From the NCBI GenBank assembly GCA_008369845.1, contig MRSU01006691.1:1-40528 (forward strand): a stretch of DNA of 40,528 nt. Reading direction: 5' to 3'. Position numbers and translations under genes: made by a program. Position 1 is the stretch's first letter; each line of letters starts with the position of its first letter. The notes below the pieces were generated by a model. The model did not search any database. It was not told where the DNA came from and saw nothing but the letters and a program-made list of their open reading frames with translations. This DNA is from Trichomonas gallinae. Lineage: Eukaryota. This document shows positions 1-10,399 of the stretch, piece after piece.

Positions 1-48
1 CTTGCCAACCCCTGCAATAAAATTGAGAGATGACCGTCAGATTCAAAA

Positions 49-3000
49 ATGACCCAAAAATTTACATACGGTATCAAAAATGAATATTTATCAAAATTAT
101 TACTGGATAAGGCTATAATATGGCAATATATATTCGATAGACTTGGAATTTCTCATTGGTTATTAATGCGTGCAAGCGCATTGATCAAACCATGGGCTTA
201 TCCTGTCAAATCCAGTCAAGAGCCACTTAAAACATCTCGAAAGATCGATAAGCCCCAACAAAAAGCTCCTAAAACCCTTATTCATAAATCTGCAATGAAA
301 TCTTCGAATTTAGAAGCGAAACCTGTATCATTACTTAAGGATAAAAACTGTATCGAGGCACAAGGAATTCTAGAATCCGGAGAAAATTACGAAAAAATTG
401 ATAATGAAACCTTAGATATTTTACCTCTTTATCTGAATCAACTATCGCAAACATACGCGCGAAATAAAGATTTAGATCAAGCAGAAAAAGCAAAACAACT
501 AAAATCAAAAGCCAATTCTGAAACAGAAAGAAGAAAAATTCTAATAACATCAAAACCTAAAGATTTCTTCCAAGATGACTTCGACGATGATTTATCTGTA
601 TCTAAAAGTCAAAATAGATTAGAAAAATTCGATCAAGAAACAAATTTTTATTATCACCAATTACAAGAAAAGCAAGCAAAAGAGTTAAATGAGTTTGAAC
701 GTGTTTGGGCTGAAGAAAAAGCCATTAAATACAGGAAATCTTCCCCTGAACTCTTACAGCAAAAATATATTTATCAGCAACTTATTTTATCGAAGAAATA
801 CCCAGAAGCTAAGCAAAAAGCGCGCGAAATAGAAAAGAGAGAGCAAGCAGAAGTGATGCAAGCTCAAGCATTAATGAATAGAGATTATCAATATCAAAAA
901 ATGCAATTATTACAGAAACACAAGCGTGAACAAGATATATATGTAAGTAAACGCAGTGAACTTCGCCAAACATATGAAATGCAGATCAAAAAAGAAAAAG
1001 AAGTCGAAGAAAAACAACAAATTGCAAGAGAACGCGGAAAACCAGTATTACTTACATCTAGAACGAAACTAATAGAAGAAACAGGTATGCAGAGATTTAC
1101 TGGTCCATTCCATCATCTTAAATCTACTGAAGAAAAAATTGAAATTAATCCATTACTGCCAAACTTGGTTGCACCGAGTGAATCAATACGAAACACAAGA
1201 AATATGAGTTCAAGGACTGTTTATCACGAACCACAACCTTTAAGCAAGCCAGAATTAAATAAAGCAATTTGGGGCAATGTTGATATTAATCACAGAATGT
1301 TTTTAACACAGCCAGAGCCAATACAAAAGAAAGAAAAACCAGAAAAGTCTAAAGTTAGAACAAAAAGTCCATCAAAACATCATCATCACAAATCTAATCT
1401 GCCAAATATTAATACAAAGCTTGATCAATCATCATTAAGCAAGCTAAATAGGATACAGAAAGGTTGGAGCAGCGTCAAAATGGATGAAGACGAAGACCCT
1501 CGATTCCAAGGTTCTAATTCGAACATGTCTATGATTGCTCAGGCAGGATCAGACATAGAAATGCTGTCTAATGACTTGGATACAAATGATGTCCAATTCA
1601 ATGCAGAAGAAGGAGAAACAGATGAAATCAATGCAAAGAAATCATCAATTTTGTCCTTGAAGTCAATGTTCGTAGAAAAAGTCGGGAAAATTCCTGAAGC
1701 AATCGAAAATCAAAATAGGCAAAGCTCATTACGCAACTCAGACAAAGATCAAACGCACAATGAAGACACAAAACAACGCAAATTTGCTCCTGCAACCGAA
1801 AATTCATCAAAACTTGTTCCAATTCAAGATAAATCAATTGATGATAACTCATTTGAAGAACAAAATAGCATTTCGAAGCCAGTAATATCAGTTTTAACTG
1901 ATGCTTTTGATGAAAATCATGAAAAAGAAGAAAATAAAGTTGAAAAAATTAATGATAATGCTGATGATAAAAAAGAGAATAAATTTGAAGACAAAGTTGA
2001 AAACTTTGATGATGAAGAACATAAAGTAGAAGAGAAAAATGATGATGAAAGCAGCAAAAATAAAGAAGAAAAGAATAATATGGATGATATTCATAGTAAT
2101 TCATTTGAAGATGATGAAAGTAATGAACCATCAAATAAAAATGATATTGAAAAAGAAGAAAAAGTCAAAGATGCTGATGATGTTAAAGAAGATGAATTAA
2201 AGCAGGATATTGATGAAATCGTTAGTAACTCGTTTGATGAAGATGAACCACAAGAGAAAGAACTTGATTTAACTAAAACTGTCTCTTCAATGATTGAGAA
2301 AGGAAAAGATAATCAAAATGATGTAAAGCAAGAAAACAAAGAAGAAGAAAAACACGAACTTGATGACATCGAAAGCAATTCATTCGATGATGATGAAGAA
2401 AACAAAGAAGAAACAACAGCTAAAGAAGAAGTAAATTCTCTTGACATTGCAAAAGCTGTTAATTCAATGTTGCAACCTAAAGAAGATGAAGGAAAGAATG
2501 AACTTGATGAGATTCATAGCAACTCATTTGAAGACGATGATGAACAAGAGAATAAAACGGGAAAAACAGAGAATGAAAATAAGCAAGAAAACAACCCTTT
2601 CGAAGAGAACAGTGAAGAAAATCTAGTTGTTTCAAAACCAATATCCTCGATGTTGCAAAACGCGTTAAATCTAAAATCTAAAGATGAAGAGAAACTTGAT
2701 GATAAAGACTTTGAAGAAGAAACCAAACAAGATACAAAGAATTACGCCACCGATATTGATGCGATTGAAAGTAATTCTTTCGATGATGAAAGTGAATACG
2801 AAAATAAAGAAGAAGAAAGTGATAAGCCAATATCATCATTACTTTCTAATGCTCTTGAAAATCATGAGCAACGGAATGAAAAAGAAGATTCGTTTGAAGA
2901 AGAATCACATAAAGACAATGAAAATATTGATTCTTCTAAACAAAATGGACCAGAAACAAAAAAAGATGATAAAAATGATGAACCGGAAACAAAAATTAAT

Positions 3001-3390
3001 GAAAAACTTTCTTCTCTTCTTTCACCAGTGGATTCAGCAAACAACAGCAAAGCAAGAGATTTTGAACCGGAAAACAAAGATGAGCATAAAGCAGATACAA
3101 TTGGAATCAGTGTTGCAGCAATGCTCATACATTCTCTATCAGAACAAGATGAAAATGAGGAGGAAGATGATGAAATAGAAAAATATGCGAAAGATTATGT
3201 GGAAAAGGAAAGAAATTCACAGATAAAAAACATCATCAAAGATGTTAAACAACAGAATGATGATGATAAATCACAAGAAATGATTGTAAAAACATTCATT
3301 GCAAGCAACCTTCCAAGTGTTATTTCATCTGTTTTGCAAGAGAATCATCGAAATAATGAAGAAGACAAAGAAACACAAAAAATTTGCTGA
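49..3390 (+). CDS. Large hypothetical protein, N-terminal half: coiled-coil region followed by an acidic low-complexity repeat region. Probably one gene with 3383-5863, split by a +1 frameshift.
   Basis: 1113-aa ORF. Coiled-coil segment (LQEKQAKELNEFERVW...YRKSSPELLQ...KKYPEAKQ) then repeated DxIxSNSF[DE]DD motifs. The true start may be the ATG at 166, which follows a TCATT element. The ORF ends in TGA just after an A6 run (3377-3382). Confidence 0.8.
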   Translation: MTQKFTYGIKNEYLSKLLLDKAIIWQYIFDRLGISHWLLMRASALIKPWAYPVKSSQEPLKTSRKIDKPQQKAPKTLIHKSAMKSSNLEAKPVSLLKDKNCIEAQGILESGENYEKIDNETLDILPLYLNQLSQTYARNKDLDQAEKAKQLKSKANSETERRKILITSKPKDFFQDDFDDDLSVSKSQNRLEKFDQETNFYYHQLQEKQAKELNEFERVWAEEKAIKYRKSSPELLQQKYIYQQLILSKKYPEAKQKAREIEKREQAEVMQAQALMNRDYQYQKMQLLQKHKREQDIYVSKRSELRQTYEMQIKKEKEVEEKQQIARERGKPVLLTSRTKLIEETGMQRFTGPFHHLKSTEEKIEINPLLPNLVAPSESIRNTRNMSSRTVYHEPQPLSKPELNKAIWGNVDINHRMFLTQPEPIQKKEKPEKSKVRTKSPSKHHHHKSNLPNINTKLDQSSLSKLNRIQKGWSSVKMDEDEDPRFQGSNSNMSMIAQAGSDIEMLSNDLDTNDVQFNAEEGETDEINAKKSSILSLKSMFVEKVGKIPEAIENQNRQSSLRNSDKDQTHNEDTKQRKFAPATENSSKLVPIQDKSIDDNSFEEQNSISKPVISVLTDAFDENHEKEENKVEKINDNADDKKENKFEDKVENFDDEEHKVEEKNDDESSKNKEEKNNMDDIHSNSFEDDESNEPSNKNDIEKEEKVKDADDVKEDELKQDIDEIVSNSFDEDEPQEKELDLTKTVSSMIEKGKDNQNDVKQENKEEEKHELDDIESNSFDDDEENKEETTAKEEVNSLDIAKAVNSMLQPKEDEGKNELDEIHSNSFEDDDEQENKTGKTENENKQENNPFEENSEENLVVSKPISSMLQNALNLKSKDEEKLDDKDFEEETKQDTKNYATDIDAIESNSFDDESEYENKEEESDKPISSLLSNALENHEQRNEKEDSFEEESHKDNENIDSSKQNGPETKKDDKNDEPETKINEKLSSLLSPVDSANNSKARDFEPENKDEHKADTIGISVAAMLIHSLSEQDENEEEDDEIEKYAKDYVEKERNSQIKNIIKDVKQQNDDDKSQEMIVKTFIASNLPSVISSVLQENHRNNEEDKETQKIC

Positions 3391-5863
3391 AAAATTCTAC
3401 AATGATCAAATCGCGAAAGAACTAGATAATGTTCTTAATGTCAACGCTCAAGAATCACAAGAAGATAGAGAAGTTTCAGAATTTGCAGAAAATTTCTACA
3501 AAGAAAACATTTCTCGGCAAATTACATCAGTTCTTCATGAAAATATTCAAGAGTCAATCGATGATAGAAACTTTTCAGAATTTGCAGAAAAATTCTACAA
3601 AGATGAAATTACAAAGCAAATAAATCATACTCTTCACGAAAATTCTCAAGAATCTCAAAATGAAAGAGAATTTTCAAAATTTGCATCCGATTTTATCAAA
3701 TCTCAATCAAATGAAGAAATTACAAAAGCTTTCAAAGAAATCATTTCAAATAACAAAAAACAACAAATGGACATCCAAAAACCCATTCTCAAAGCAGTTA
3801 ATGATATTTATCCAAGTCCAATTTCCGAGGCTAATTATGATCAGCCAAAACTGATTCCCAAAGATATCAAGCCTGAAATAAATCCAATGCAAGCAAAATC
3901 AAAAGAAATTCCTAATGAATCACCAAAATCATTACCAAGGAAAGATACAATAGCCAAAGATGAAGATGAAAAACCATCACTGTTCAGCATGATAATGAAC
4001 CAAAACGAAGACAAAGATCCAAAAAAGAAAGTTGAGTCTCTAAACGAAACAAAGAATGAATCAAAGCCTGTAATAAGTAATTCACTTTTCAACAATATAT
4101 TCAACGTTCAAAATAACGAAAAGAAGAACGATGTACCGCAAAAGAATGAAAAACCACAACAATCTGGATTTAGTTCTTCTTTCATCAACTCAATTTTCAG
4201 CAACGATTCTACCTTTAAAAAACCAAACGAAGAACAAAAACAGACTGTTTTAAGTAACTCCCTACGGCCAAAACAATCAAAAGAGCCTCAGCAGAGAGAA
4301 ATTAAGCCTGATCAATCGAAAAATGAAGAAAAGCTATTGTTAAGTTCAATATTATCTAATGATACCAAACCAAATGTAGAAAAAGTTCAACAAAGAGAAT
4401 TCAAACCCGAAACACAAAAACAAGAATTAAATCTTGATGTTGAAGATGAAAAAGAACAACAAGAATTTGCGAAATCTTTCATTGGCAAGGAATTAAAGAA
4501 GATAATTAGTGATGCATTATCAATGAATTCATCAGAACATATTGAAGACAAGCAACATCATGAATTTGCTAAATCTTTTATTGACAAAGAATCAAAAACT
4601 ATGATTGATGACGTTTTAAACAAGAATTTGGCTCAAAATATTGAAATAAAGCAAGTAGATGAATTCGTAAAATCATTTTGCGAAAGAGAAACAAAAGTTT
4701 TGGTTGATGATGCATTAGAAAAGAATTTAGCAGAATCAAATGAAGACAAACAGCACGAAAAATTTGCCAAATCTTTCTATGAACAAGAAACAAGAGCATT
4801 TATTAATGATGTTCTGCAAGAAAATGCTGATGATACACAACAAGAAAAATTTGCTAAAAATTATAATGAAAAAGAAACAAATGCTTTGATTGATAATGCT
4901 CTCCAAGAAAACATTGATTATACACTGCAAGAACGGTTCGCAAAATCTTACTATGAACATGAATCAAAAACTTTGATAGATGATACTATTCAAGAAATAG
5001 TTGATGATGCACAACATGAAAGATTTGCAAAATCTTTTTATAATCAAGAGTTGAATGATTTACTATCAGTTATTATTAATGATAACATTGACATATACGC
5101 CAAAAATTATGCTCATGATGAACTCGATTCAATTATCGATGATTGTTTGTTAGAAAATGCTTCGCCTTATTTTGCAAATCAAATATCATTAGCTGTCATT
5201 GACGAAGTATTAAAATCTATTCAACAAATCGAAGAAGAAGTGAAAAATGAGAATGAAGAAATTAAAGATGATGAAGATTTTGCTGATGATGAAGAAAGTC
5301 TAAAGGAAGAAGATAATATTCCCAGTGGTGATGGATTTGATGATGATGGAGAACTAAAGTCGAAAGAATTAAATGTTGAAGATGAAATTCCAAGCGATTC
5401 GAATTTCGACGAAGAAACAGAAACAGCTGCTAATTCTGCGATGAAAGAACTTAAAGAAGATGAGATTCCAAGTAATTCAAACTTTGATGAAGGAACAGAA
5501 AGCAACACAACAAATGATGATGAAATACCGAGCAATTCAAATTTCGATGAAGAAACAGAAACAACAGAAAATTCTCCAATGAAAGAATACAAAGATGATG
5601 AAATTCCTAGTGATTCAAACTTTGACGAAGGAACTGAAAGTACAATAACAGAAGATTCTCCACTCAAAGAATATAAAGAAAATGAAGATGAAATTCCAAG
5701 TAATTCCGACTTCGATGAAGATACAGATAATAAAGAATCAGAAACAAAAGATGATGATATCCCAAGCAATTCTGACTTCGACGATGATGAAGATGTCTCA
5801 GATTTAAATCTAGAAGAAGATTACGATGCTTTACTTGAGGAAGAAGATATTAATCATGAATAA
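3383..5863 (+). CDS. C-terminal half of the same large acidic repeat protein (FA[KE]xF[YI] helical repeats and DEIPSxSxFD repeats)
   Basis: The frame is open from 3299 to the TAA at 5863, which overlaps TAAA. The repeat unit EDRExSEFAExFYKxxI continues the end of the upstream ORF (EDKETQK|FAEKFYNDQI) if one A is removed from the A6 run. Confidence 0.8.
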   Translation, partial: FAEKFYNDQIAKELDNVLNVNAQESQEDREVSEFAENFYKENISRQITSVLHENIQESIDDRNFSEFAEKFYKDEITKQINHTLHENSQESQNEREFSKFASDFIKSQSNEEITKAFKEIISNNKKQQMDIQKPILKAVNDIYPSPISEANYDQPKLIPKDIKPEINPMQAKSKEIPNESPKSLPRKDTIAKDEDEKPSLFSMIMNQNEDKDPKKKVESLNETKNESKPVISNSLFNNIFNVQNNEKKNDVPQKNEKPQQSGFSSSFINSIFSNDSTFKKPNEEQKQTVLSNSLRPKQSKEPQQREIKPDQSKNEEKLLLSSILSNDTKPNVEKVQQREFKPETQKQELNLDVEDEKEQQEFAKSFIGKELKKIISDALSMNSSEHIEDKQHHEFAKSFIDKESKTMIDDVLNKNLAQNIEIKQVDEFVKSFCERETKVLVDDALEKNLAESNEDKQHEKFAKSFYEQETRAFINDVLQENADDTQQEKFAKNYNEKETNALIDNALQENIDYTLQERFAKSYYEHESKTLIDDTIQEIVDDAQHERFAKSFYNQELNDLLSVIINDNIDIYAKNYAHDELDSIIDDCLLENASPYFANQISLAVIDEVLKSIQQIEEEVKNENEEIKDDEDFADDEESLKEEDNIPSGDGFDDDGELKSKELNVEDEIPSDSNFDEETETAANSAMKELKEDEIPSNSNFDEGTESNTTNDDEIPSNSNFDEETETTENSPMKEYKDDEIPSDSNFDEGTESTITEDSPLKEYKENEDEIPSNSDFDEDTDNKESETKDDDIPSNSDFDDDEDVSDLNLEEDYDALLEEEDINHE
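5312..5790 (+). repeat. Seven coding copies of the acidic motif D[EDN]IPSx[SD]xFD[DE]
   Basis: DNIPSGDGFDDD, DEIPSDSNFDEE, DEIPSNSNFDEG, DEIPSNSNFDEE, DEIPSDSNFDEG, DEIPSNSDFDED and DDIPSNSDFDDD are read directly from the translation. Confidence 0.9.
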
Positions 5864-5953
5864 AATTGTTTGTTTATATAATTAATGAAGCATCAATGTA
5901 AGACATAATATTTTAATCTAGTTTTTATTACATTCACAGATCAGTCGTTTGTA

Positions 5954-8074
5954 TCATTTGAGACTGGATTGGAGATGTTCAACAATTTGTGAATATCCGA
6001 ATGTTTTTGCAACCATTATTGGAGTGTCACCATCATTGTCTTTAGCTTCTATGTCGATTCTTGGTGACTTTATCAGAGCAAGAACTGCATCCTCATTGCC
6101 ATTCGATGCAGCAAGATGAAGCGCAGTTAATCCACTTTTATTCTTTACGTTTACATCGAAATTCGGGTTAAACAAAACGTAATCAATCAAAATAGCATCA
6201 TCATTTCTTGCAGCATAATGTAAAATTGTCATTCCGTTGCCATCAGTGATAGAAACGTTTGTCTGTGGCAAAGCTAAAAGAGAAGCAACAAAATTTAATG
6301 CGCGGAATGCAGCAGCAATGAGTATTGGTGGCATGTCATTTCCATCTCTAAGATTCACATCGATTTTCGATGCAACAAGAGGAATAACTTCAGAAAAGTC
6401 AGACTGTGCTGACCAATGCAAAATATTCGATTGTTCGTGATCGCAAATAGTGCAGTCTGTTTTCTCGAAGCTCAACAACATTTTGATTGACTCAATCTTT
6501 CGTGTCTGTGCTGCCCATAACAATGGAGTCATGCCTCCGTTATCCTGTGCATTCGGATCAGCACCGCTTTCAACAAGAATTTTGACTAAGCCAGCAAAAC
6601 CTCTTGATGCAGCAAAATGAAGTGGAGTCATTCCATCATTTGTCTTGTGTTCAAGATTAGCGTGTTTTGAGATTAAATATTTAACACTTTCTTCACTGTT
6701 CGTTTGCACTGCGTGATGAAGACAATTCCAGTTTTCATCATCTATAGCATTGACATCAACTTTTTCATTGTCAAGCAAGACTTTGATGACATCGATATAA
6801 TTCTTTTGGCATGTCCATAATAATGCCGTCATTCCAAATCGGTGGGATTTGTTGACTTCAATTCCATCAATTTTAATGAGTTTTTCTACTAATGAACAAA
6901 ATCCATTTTGTGAAGCATTCATTAAAGCCGTCATTCCTTCTTTATCAGCAATATTCACATCTGTTTTATCTGCCAAGTATTCGCCAGCATCTGGGCTGTA
7001 CGTTGACGCAACCATCAAAGCTGTCCTGCCATTAGCATTAAGAGCATTCGCATCTTCTGTTTGTAAAGCGAATTCTATTCCTTTTACAAAACCACTTGAT
7101 GCTGCCCTATGAACTAAATTCTTGTTTTGGCCAGAATCCAACAAACTTTTTGCAAGTTCAAGGTGATGATATTTCAAAGCAAACTCTGCAGCTCCATCAA
7201 AAGAAACTAAGCCCTTAAGTATATCAATTGTTTCTTTGTTGCCTCCAGCAGCTGCAAATTGAGAAATAGTGACATTGTTGCTGTCAACATTTGTCAAATC
7301 CGCTCCATTTTCGATCAATGACTTTAAGCACTTGTTTGAGCCATAATATGCGCAGTAGCTTGCTAACGGGCACTCGTTGTTTGTCAAAAACTGTCTCTCG
7401 AATACTGATGGTTGAACGTTTTGGTTAATATCGAAATTCTGCATTTGATAAACTTTTTGTAAAAGATTAACATCATCTCTCCTTAAGATTGCTTCGACTG
7501 TTTTGAGTTCTTTGTCATTACTTCTGAGTTTGCGGAGCAGTCTGAAGTCATTGGAGCCCAAAGCTTCCAAATTGAAGAAGAAATTTTGAATTGTTGGATA
7601 CATTCCTGCAATTTTGTCTTCATTGTTGCTTATTTCGAATATTTGTTGGTTGTATTCTTCGCTTACTTCAGGAGCGAACCAAATAAAGACATCAACTAAT
7701 AATCTATCTTGAACTTGTGGATCTGCTGAGTAATCGCAGATATATTTCTCTATGTCTTCTATTGTGACAACATTTATTGTGTATAATTCGTATAATAATG
7801 CAAGAATCGGATTTTTCATTGGCTGTGCTGAGCGTCTTGTTATAAAACGAAGAATTGTCAGTATAAACTGCTCTTTTTGATTATCATTTGTAATGATTTC
7901 GTGTAATAATTGCGCGTATTCTTTGATTAAATTTGGTCGATAAATTGTAGCATTGAGAATATCAAAAATACATTTTGAGAGATCTTTTGTAGCTTGTTCT
8001 AAGACATTTTTCTTGATTTCTTCTTTGTTCTGTTCATTTAAATCATAAATGAGATCGCAAAAGTAAGAACTCAT
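5954..8074 (-). CDS. Ankyrin repeat protein (trichomonad-type, with a helical N-terminal region)
   Basis: More than 10 ankyrin repeats (GMTPLHFAASRGFAGLVKILVESGADPN; GLTALHLAASNGNEDAV), preceded by a YCAYYGSNKCLKSL block typical of this expanded family. First ATG at 8074. Confidence 0.93.
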   Translation of the reverse strand: MSSYFCDLIYDLNEQNKEEIKKNVLEQATKDLSKCIFDILNATIYRPNLIKEYAQLLHEIITNDNQKEQFILTILRFITRRSAQPMKNPILALLYELYTINVVTIEDIEKYICDYSADPQVQDRLLVDVFIWFAPEVSEEYNQQIFEISNNEDKIAGMYPTIQNFFFNLEALGSNDFRLLRKLRSNDKELKTVEAILRRDDVNLLQKVYQMQNFDINQNVQPSVFERQFLTNNECPLASYCAYYGSNKCLKSLIENGADLTNVDSNNVTISQFAAAGGNKETIDILKGLVSFDGAAEFALKYHHLELAKSLLDSGQNKNLVHRAASSGFVKGIEFALQTEDANALNANGRTALMVASTYSPDAGEYLADKTDVNIADKEGMTALMNASQNGFCSLVEKLIKIDGIEVNKSHRFGMTALLWTCQKNYIDVIKVLLDNEKVDVNAIDDENWNCLHHAVQTNSEESVKYLISKHANLEHKTNDGMTPLHFAASRGFAGLVKILVESGADPNAQDNGGMTPLLWAAQTRKIESIKMLLSFEKTDCTICDHEQSNILHWSAQSDFSEVIPLVASKIDVNLRDGNDMPPILIAAAFRALNFVASLLALPQTNVSITDGNGMTILHYAARNDDAILIDYVLFNPNFDVNVKNKSGLTALHLAASNGNEDAVLALIKSPRIDIEAKDNDGDTPIMVAKTFGYSQIVEHLQSSLK

Positions 8075-8427
8075 CAATAAAAATGGCCATTTTACACAAG
8101 ATTATGTATTATTTATTCCTATATTTATTATATCTTTGATATTTTTAATGTAATTCTTATGATTTTTTGACTTCACTTTATTGAATTTTTCATCATTCAA
8201 TGATTAGACCATGACCGTATAAATTATAGATATATTTATAATGAATATAGCACTATTCATATGTTACACTTATGTAATATGATGATTTCAAAAATCAATT
8301 TAAATATCTTTATTTTCAAATTGGCACAATGAAGAACAGTCTATATTTAATTAGATTTAGATTAGATAAGTTAAAATTATTTAATATTTAATTGACTAAC
8401 AGTAAAAGATTTATTATATAATATTAT

Positions 8428-9969
8428 TCATGGAATTTGCTCATCAGATCCGTCAGCTTTTGTATTTCCTAGTTTCTTAGTGAAATAAAGAGCTCCAATA
8501 ATAATACCAGCGACTGCAGCAATACCTAAAATAGCTCCTATTGAAATTCCAGCAATTTTGGCTGCGTTGCTAGATCCTTGTTTTGAATCATCTCCTGGCT
8601 TATCTGTACTATTTGTAGTTGGATCGCCATCATTCTTATTTCCTGAATCATCTCCTGGTTTATTATTATCTTTATCTGTTTCACCTGGTTTATTTTCTGG
8701 ATTTTCTGTTTCTCCTGGGTTATCTCCTGGCTTATTATTATCTTTATCTGTTTCTCCTGGTTTATTTCCTGAGTTCTTATTTGGATCCTCTGTTCCACCT
8801 GGGTTATTTCCAGGATTTTCTGTTTCCCCTGGGTTATTATTTGGATCCTCTGTTTCTTCTGGTAGTAATGGTGGTTGTGTTATTCCTTGATCAATTTGAT
8901 CTTTCGTGAGAACTCCGTATCTATCAGGAGTTTCTTCTGGCAAAGCATCAAGAGGAGTCAAACACTCTTCTTCGAAAGCTCTTGAAGATCCCAACTGTTC
9001 CTGGACCCGGTCTTTATCAATAGCTGAATATGTCGGCACCTTGAGCTGACATATTTTCTCTGTTCCTGAGAAAACATACATGCCAAACTTTGGTAATTTG
9101 CTCGGTAATCTTAGCGTTTGAAGATTTGTGCATCCACTTATTGATTCATCGCCAAACTCCAATAATGTGTCAGGGAAGAGGAGCTCTCTGACTTGGCAAT
9201 TTCGAAATGCGCTGCTTTCGACTTTAACTAAAGATTTTGGAAGTGTAATTCTGTAGAGTTTTTCGGTGTTTTCAAATATTTTAGCTTGAATGAGTGTGAG
9301 CGAATCTGGTAATGTAATATATTCTAGCCACGGACATTGCGAGAATGCATAGGGACCAATTGATTGAACTTTTGAGGGAATTCTTAATTTTCTGATTTTT
9401 GTCTTGAAAAACGCTCTTTCACCGATAATTTCGAGATCTTTTGGGAGTTTAATCTTCTGAAGATATTCGCAGTTCATAAATGCGCGAGGATAAATTTTCG
9501 TTATTGATGAAGGAAGAGTTATATTAAGCAAACTCGTGCAACCAGAAAATAGATTAGCTGTCAGTTCTGTGAGAGGGCAGTTGAAGTCAATATGGCTTAA
9601 ACTTGTGCAATCTTTGAACGCAGAGAAGCCAATATATGAAACTGATTGTGGAATAGTAATATTTTGGAGTGCTGTACATCCACAGAATGCATTGCTGCCA
9701 ATAATTTGTAAGGACTCGGGTAAAATAATTGATGTTAATTGAGAACAGTCAATAAAAGCTTTATATCCTATTTCAGTTAATTGTGTAGCCGCCGAGCAGT
9801 CAACTGTTTGAACATTTGATCTTTCAAAAGCACTTTCATCAATGACTGTGCAATCTTGATTAACGATAACATCTTGGCACCCATTGGATGCTGTAAGAAC
9901 AGTGTCGGTATATTCTGGTTCGCATGTATCTAGATTTAATCTAGATAGAGATAGTAAATAAACAAGCAT
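8428..9969 (-). CDS. bspA: BspA-like TpLRR (LRR_5) single-pass surface protein
   Basis: Short hydrophobic leader MLVYLLSLS (ATG at 9969; the upstream ORF extension is AT-rich intergenic DNA). Tandem IxLPxSLxxIGxxAFxxC repeats, a P/G/N/D-rich stalk, a transmembrane helix (IAGISIGAILGIAAVAGIIIGALYF) and a short cytoplasmic tail. Confidence 0.92.
   Translation of the reverse strand: MLVYLLSLSRLNLDTCEPEYTDTVLTASNGCQDVIVNQDCTVIDESAFERSNVQTVDCSAATQLTEIGYKAFIDCSQLTSIILPESLQIIGSNAFCGCTALQNITIPQSVSYIGFSAFKDCTSLSHIDFNCPLTELTANLFSGCTSLLNITLPSSITKIYPRAFMNCEYLQKIKLPKDLEIIGERAFFKTKIRKLRIPSKVQSIGPYAFSQCPWLEYITLPDSLTLIQAKIFENTEKLYRITLPKSLVKVESSAFRNCQVRELLFPDTLLEFGDESISGCTNLQTLRLPSKLPKFGMYVFSGTEKICQLKVPTYSAIDKDRVQEQLGSSRAFEEECLTPLDALPEETPDRYGVLTKDQIDQGITQPPLLPEETEDPNNNPGETENPGNNPGGTEDPNKNSGNKPGETDKDNNKPGDNPGETENPENKPGETDKDNNKPGDDSGNKNDGDPTTNSTDKPGDDSKQGSSNAAKIAGISIGAILGIAAVAGIIIGALYFTKKLGNTKADGSDEQIP
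8580..8860 (-). repeat. Coding tandem repeats of the BspA stalk (NxPGET / NKPGETDKDNNKPGD)
   Basis: NKPGETDKDNNKPGD occurs twice with near-identical DNA, alongside several NPGETENP variants. Confidence 0.85.
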
Positions 9970-10399
9970 TAATTTTTTTTGTAAACTAATGAAAATTTGT
10001 TGATTTTTGAAAAATATTTTCAAAAATTGTTTGAAAAATAAATTGAATGAAATAAATGCGAAATAGTTAATGTGTTTTAAAATAGATTTCGTTAAAATGT
10101 TATTTTCAATGAATTTTTTATATATATGATTTCTATAATATGTTGTCATTATTGTAATTATATTTTTGAATTTTAATGAAAATTCAATCAATAATCCTCT
10201 TTCAAAAAAATCAACGCAATCTATTAATAAATGAATCATTAATGAATAATAATAAAAATAAATTTTGAATGAACTTTTATTCAAATTATATGTGTTCATT
10301 ATTATTTTTAAATTTCTAATCCTCATTACAAAAAAAATTGAATGAAATATTCAAAAATCAAAAATATTCAAAAATCAAAATTCCAATATCATTTTTATC

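Noticed and set aside
8080..8093. Palindrome AAAATGGCCATTTT just upstream of the ankyrin start codon
   Set aside because: It is a single short occurrence with A/T-run arms, and nothing supports a function.
9970..10326. 119-aa N-terminal extension of the BspA ORF in the ORF track
   Set aside because: It is extremely AT-rich, F/I/K/N-biased intergenic sequence. The hydrophobic leader begins at the ATG at 9969.
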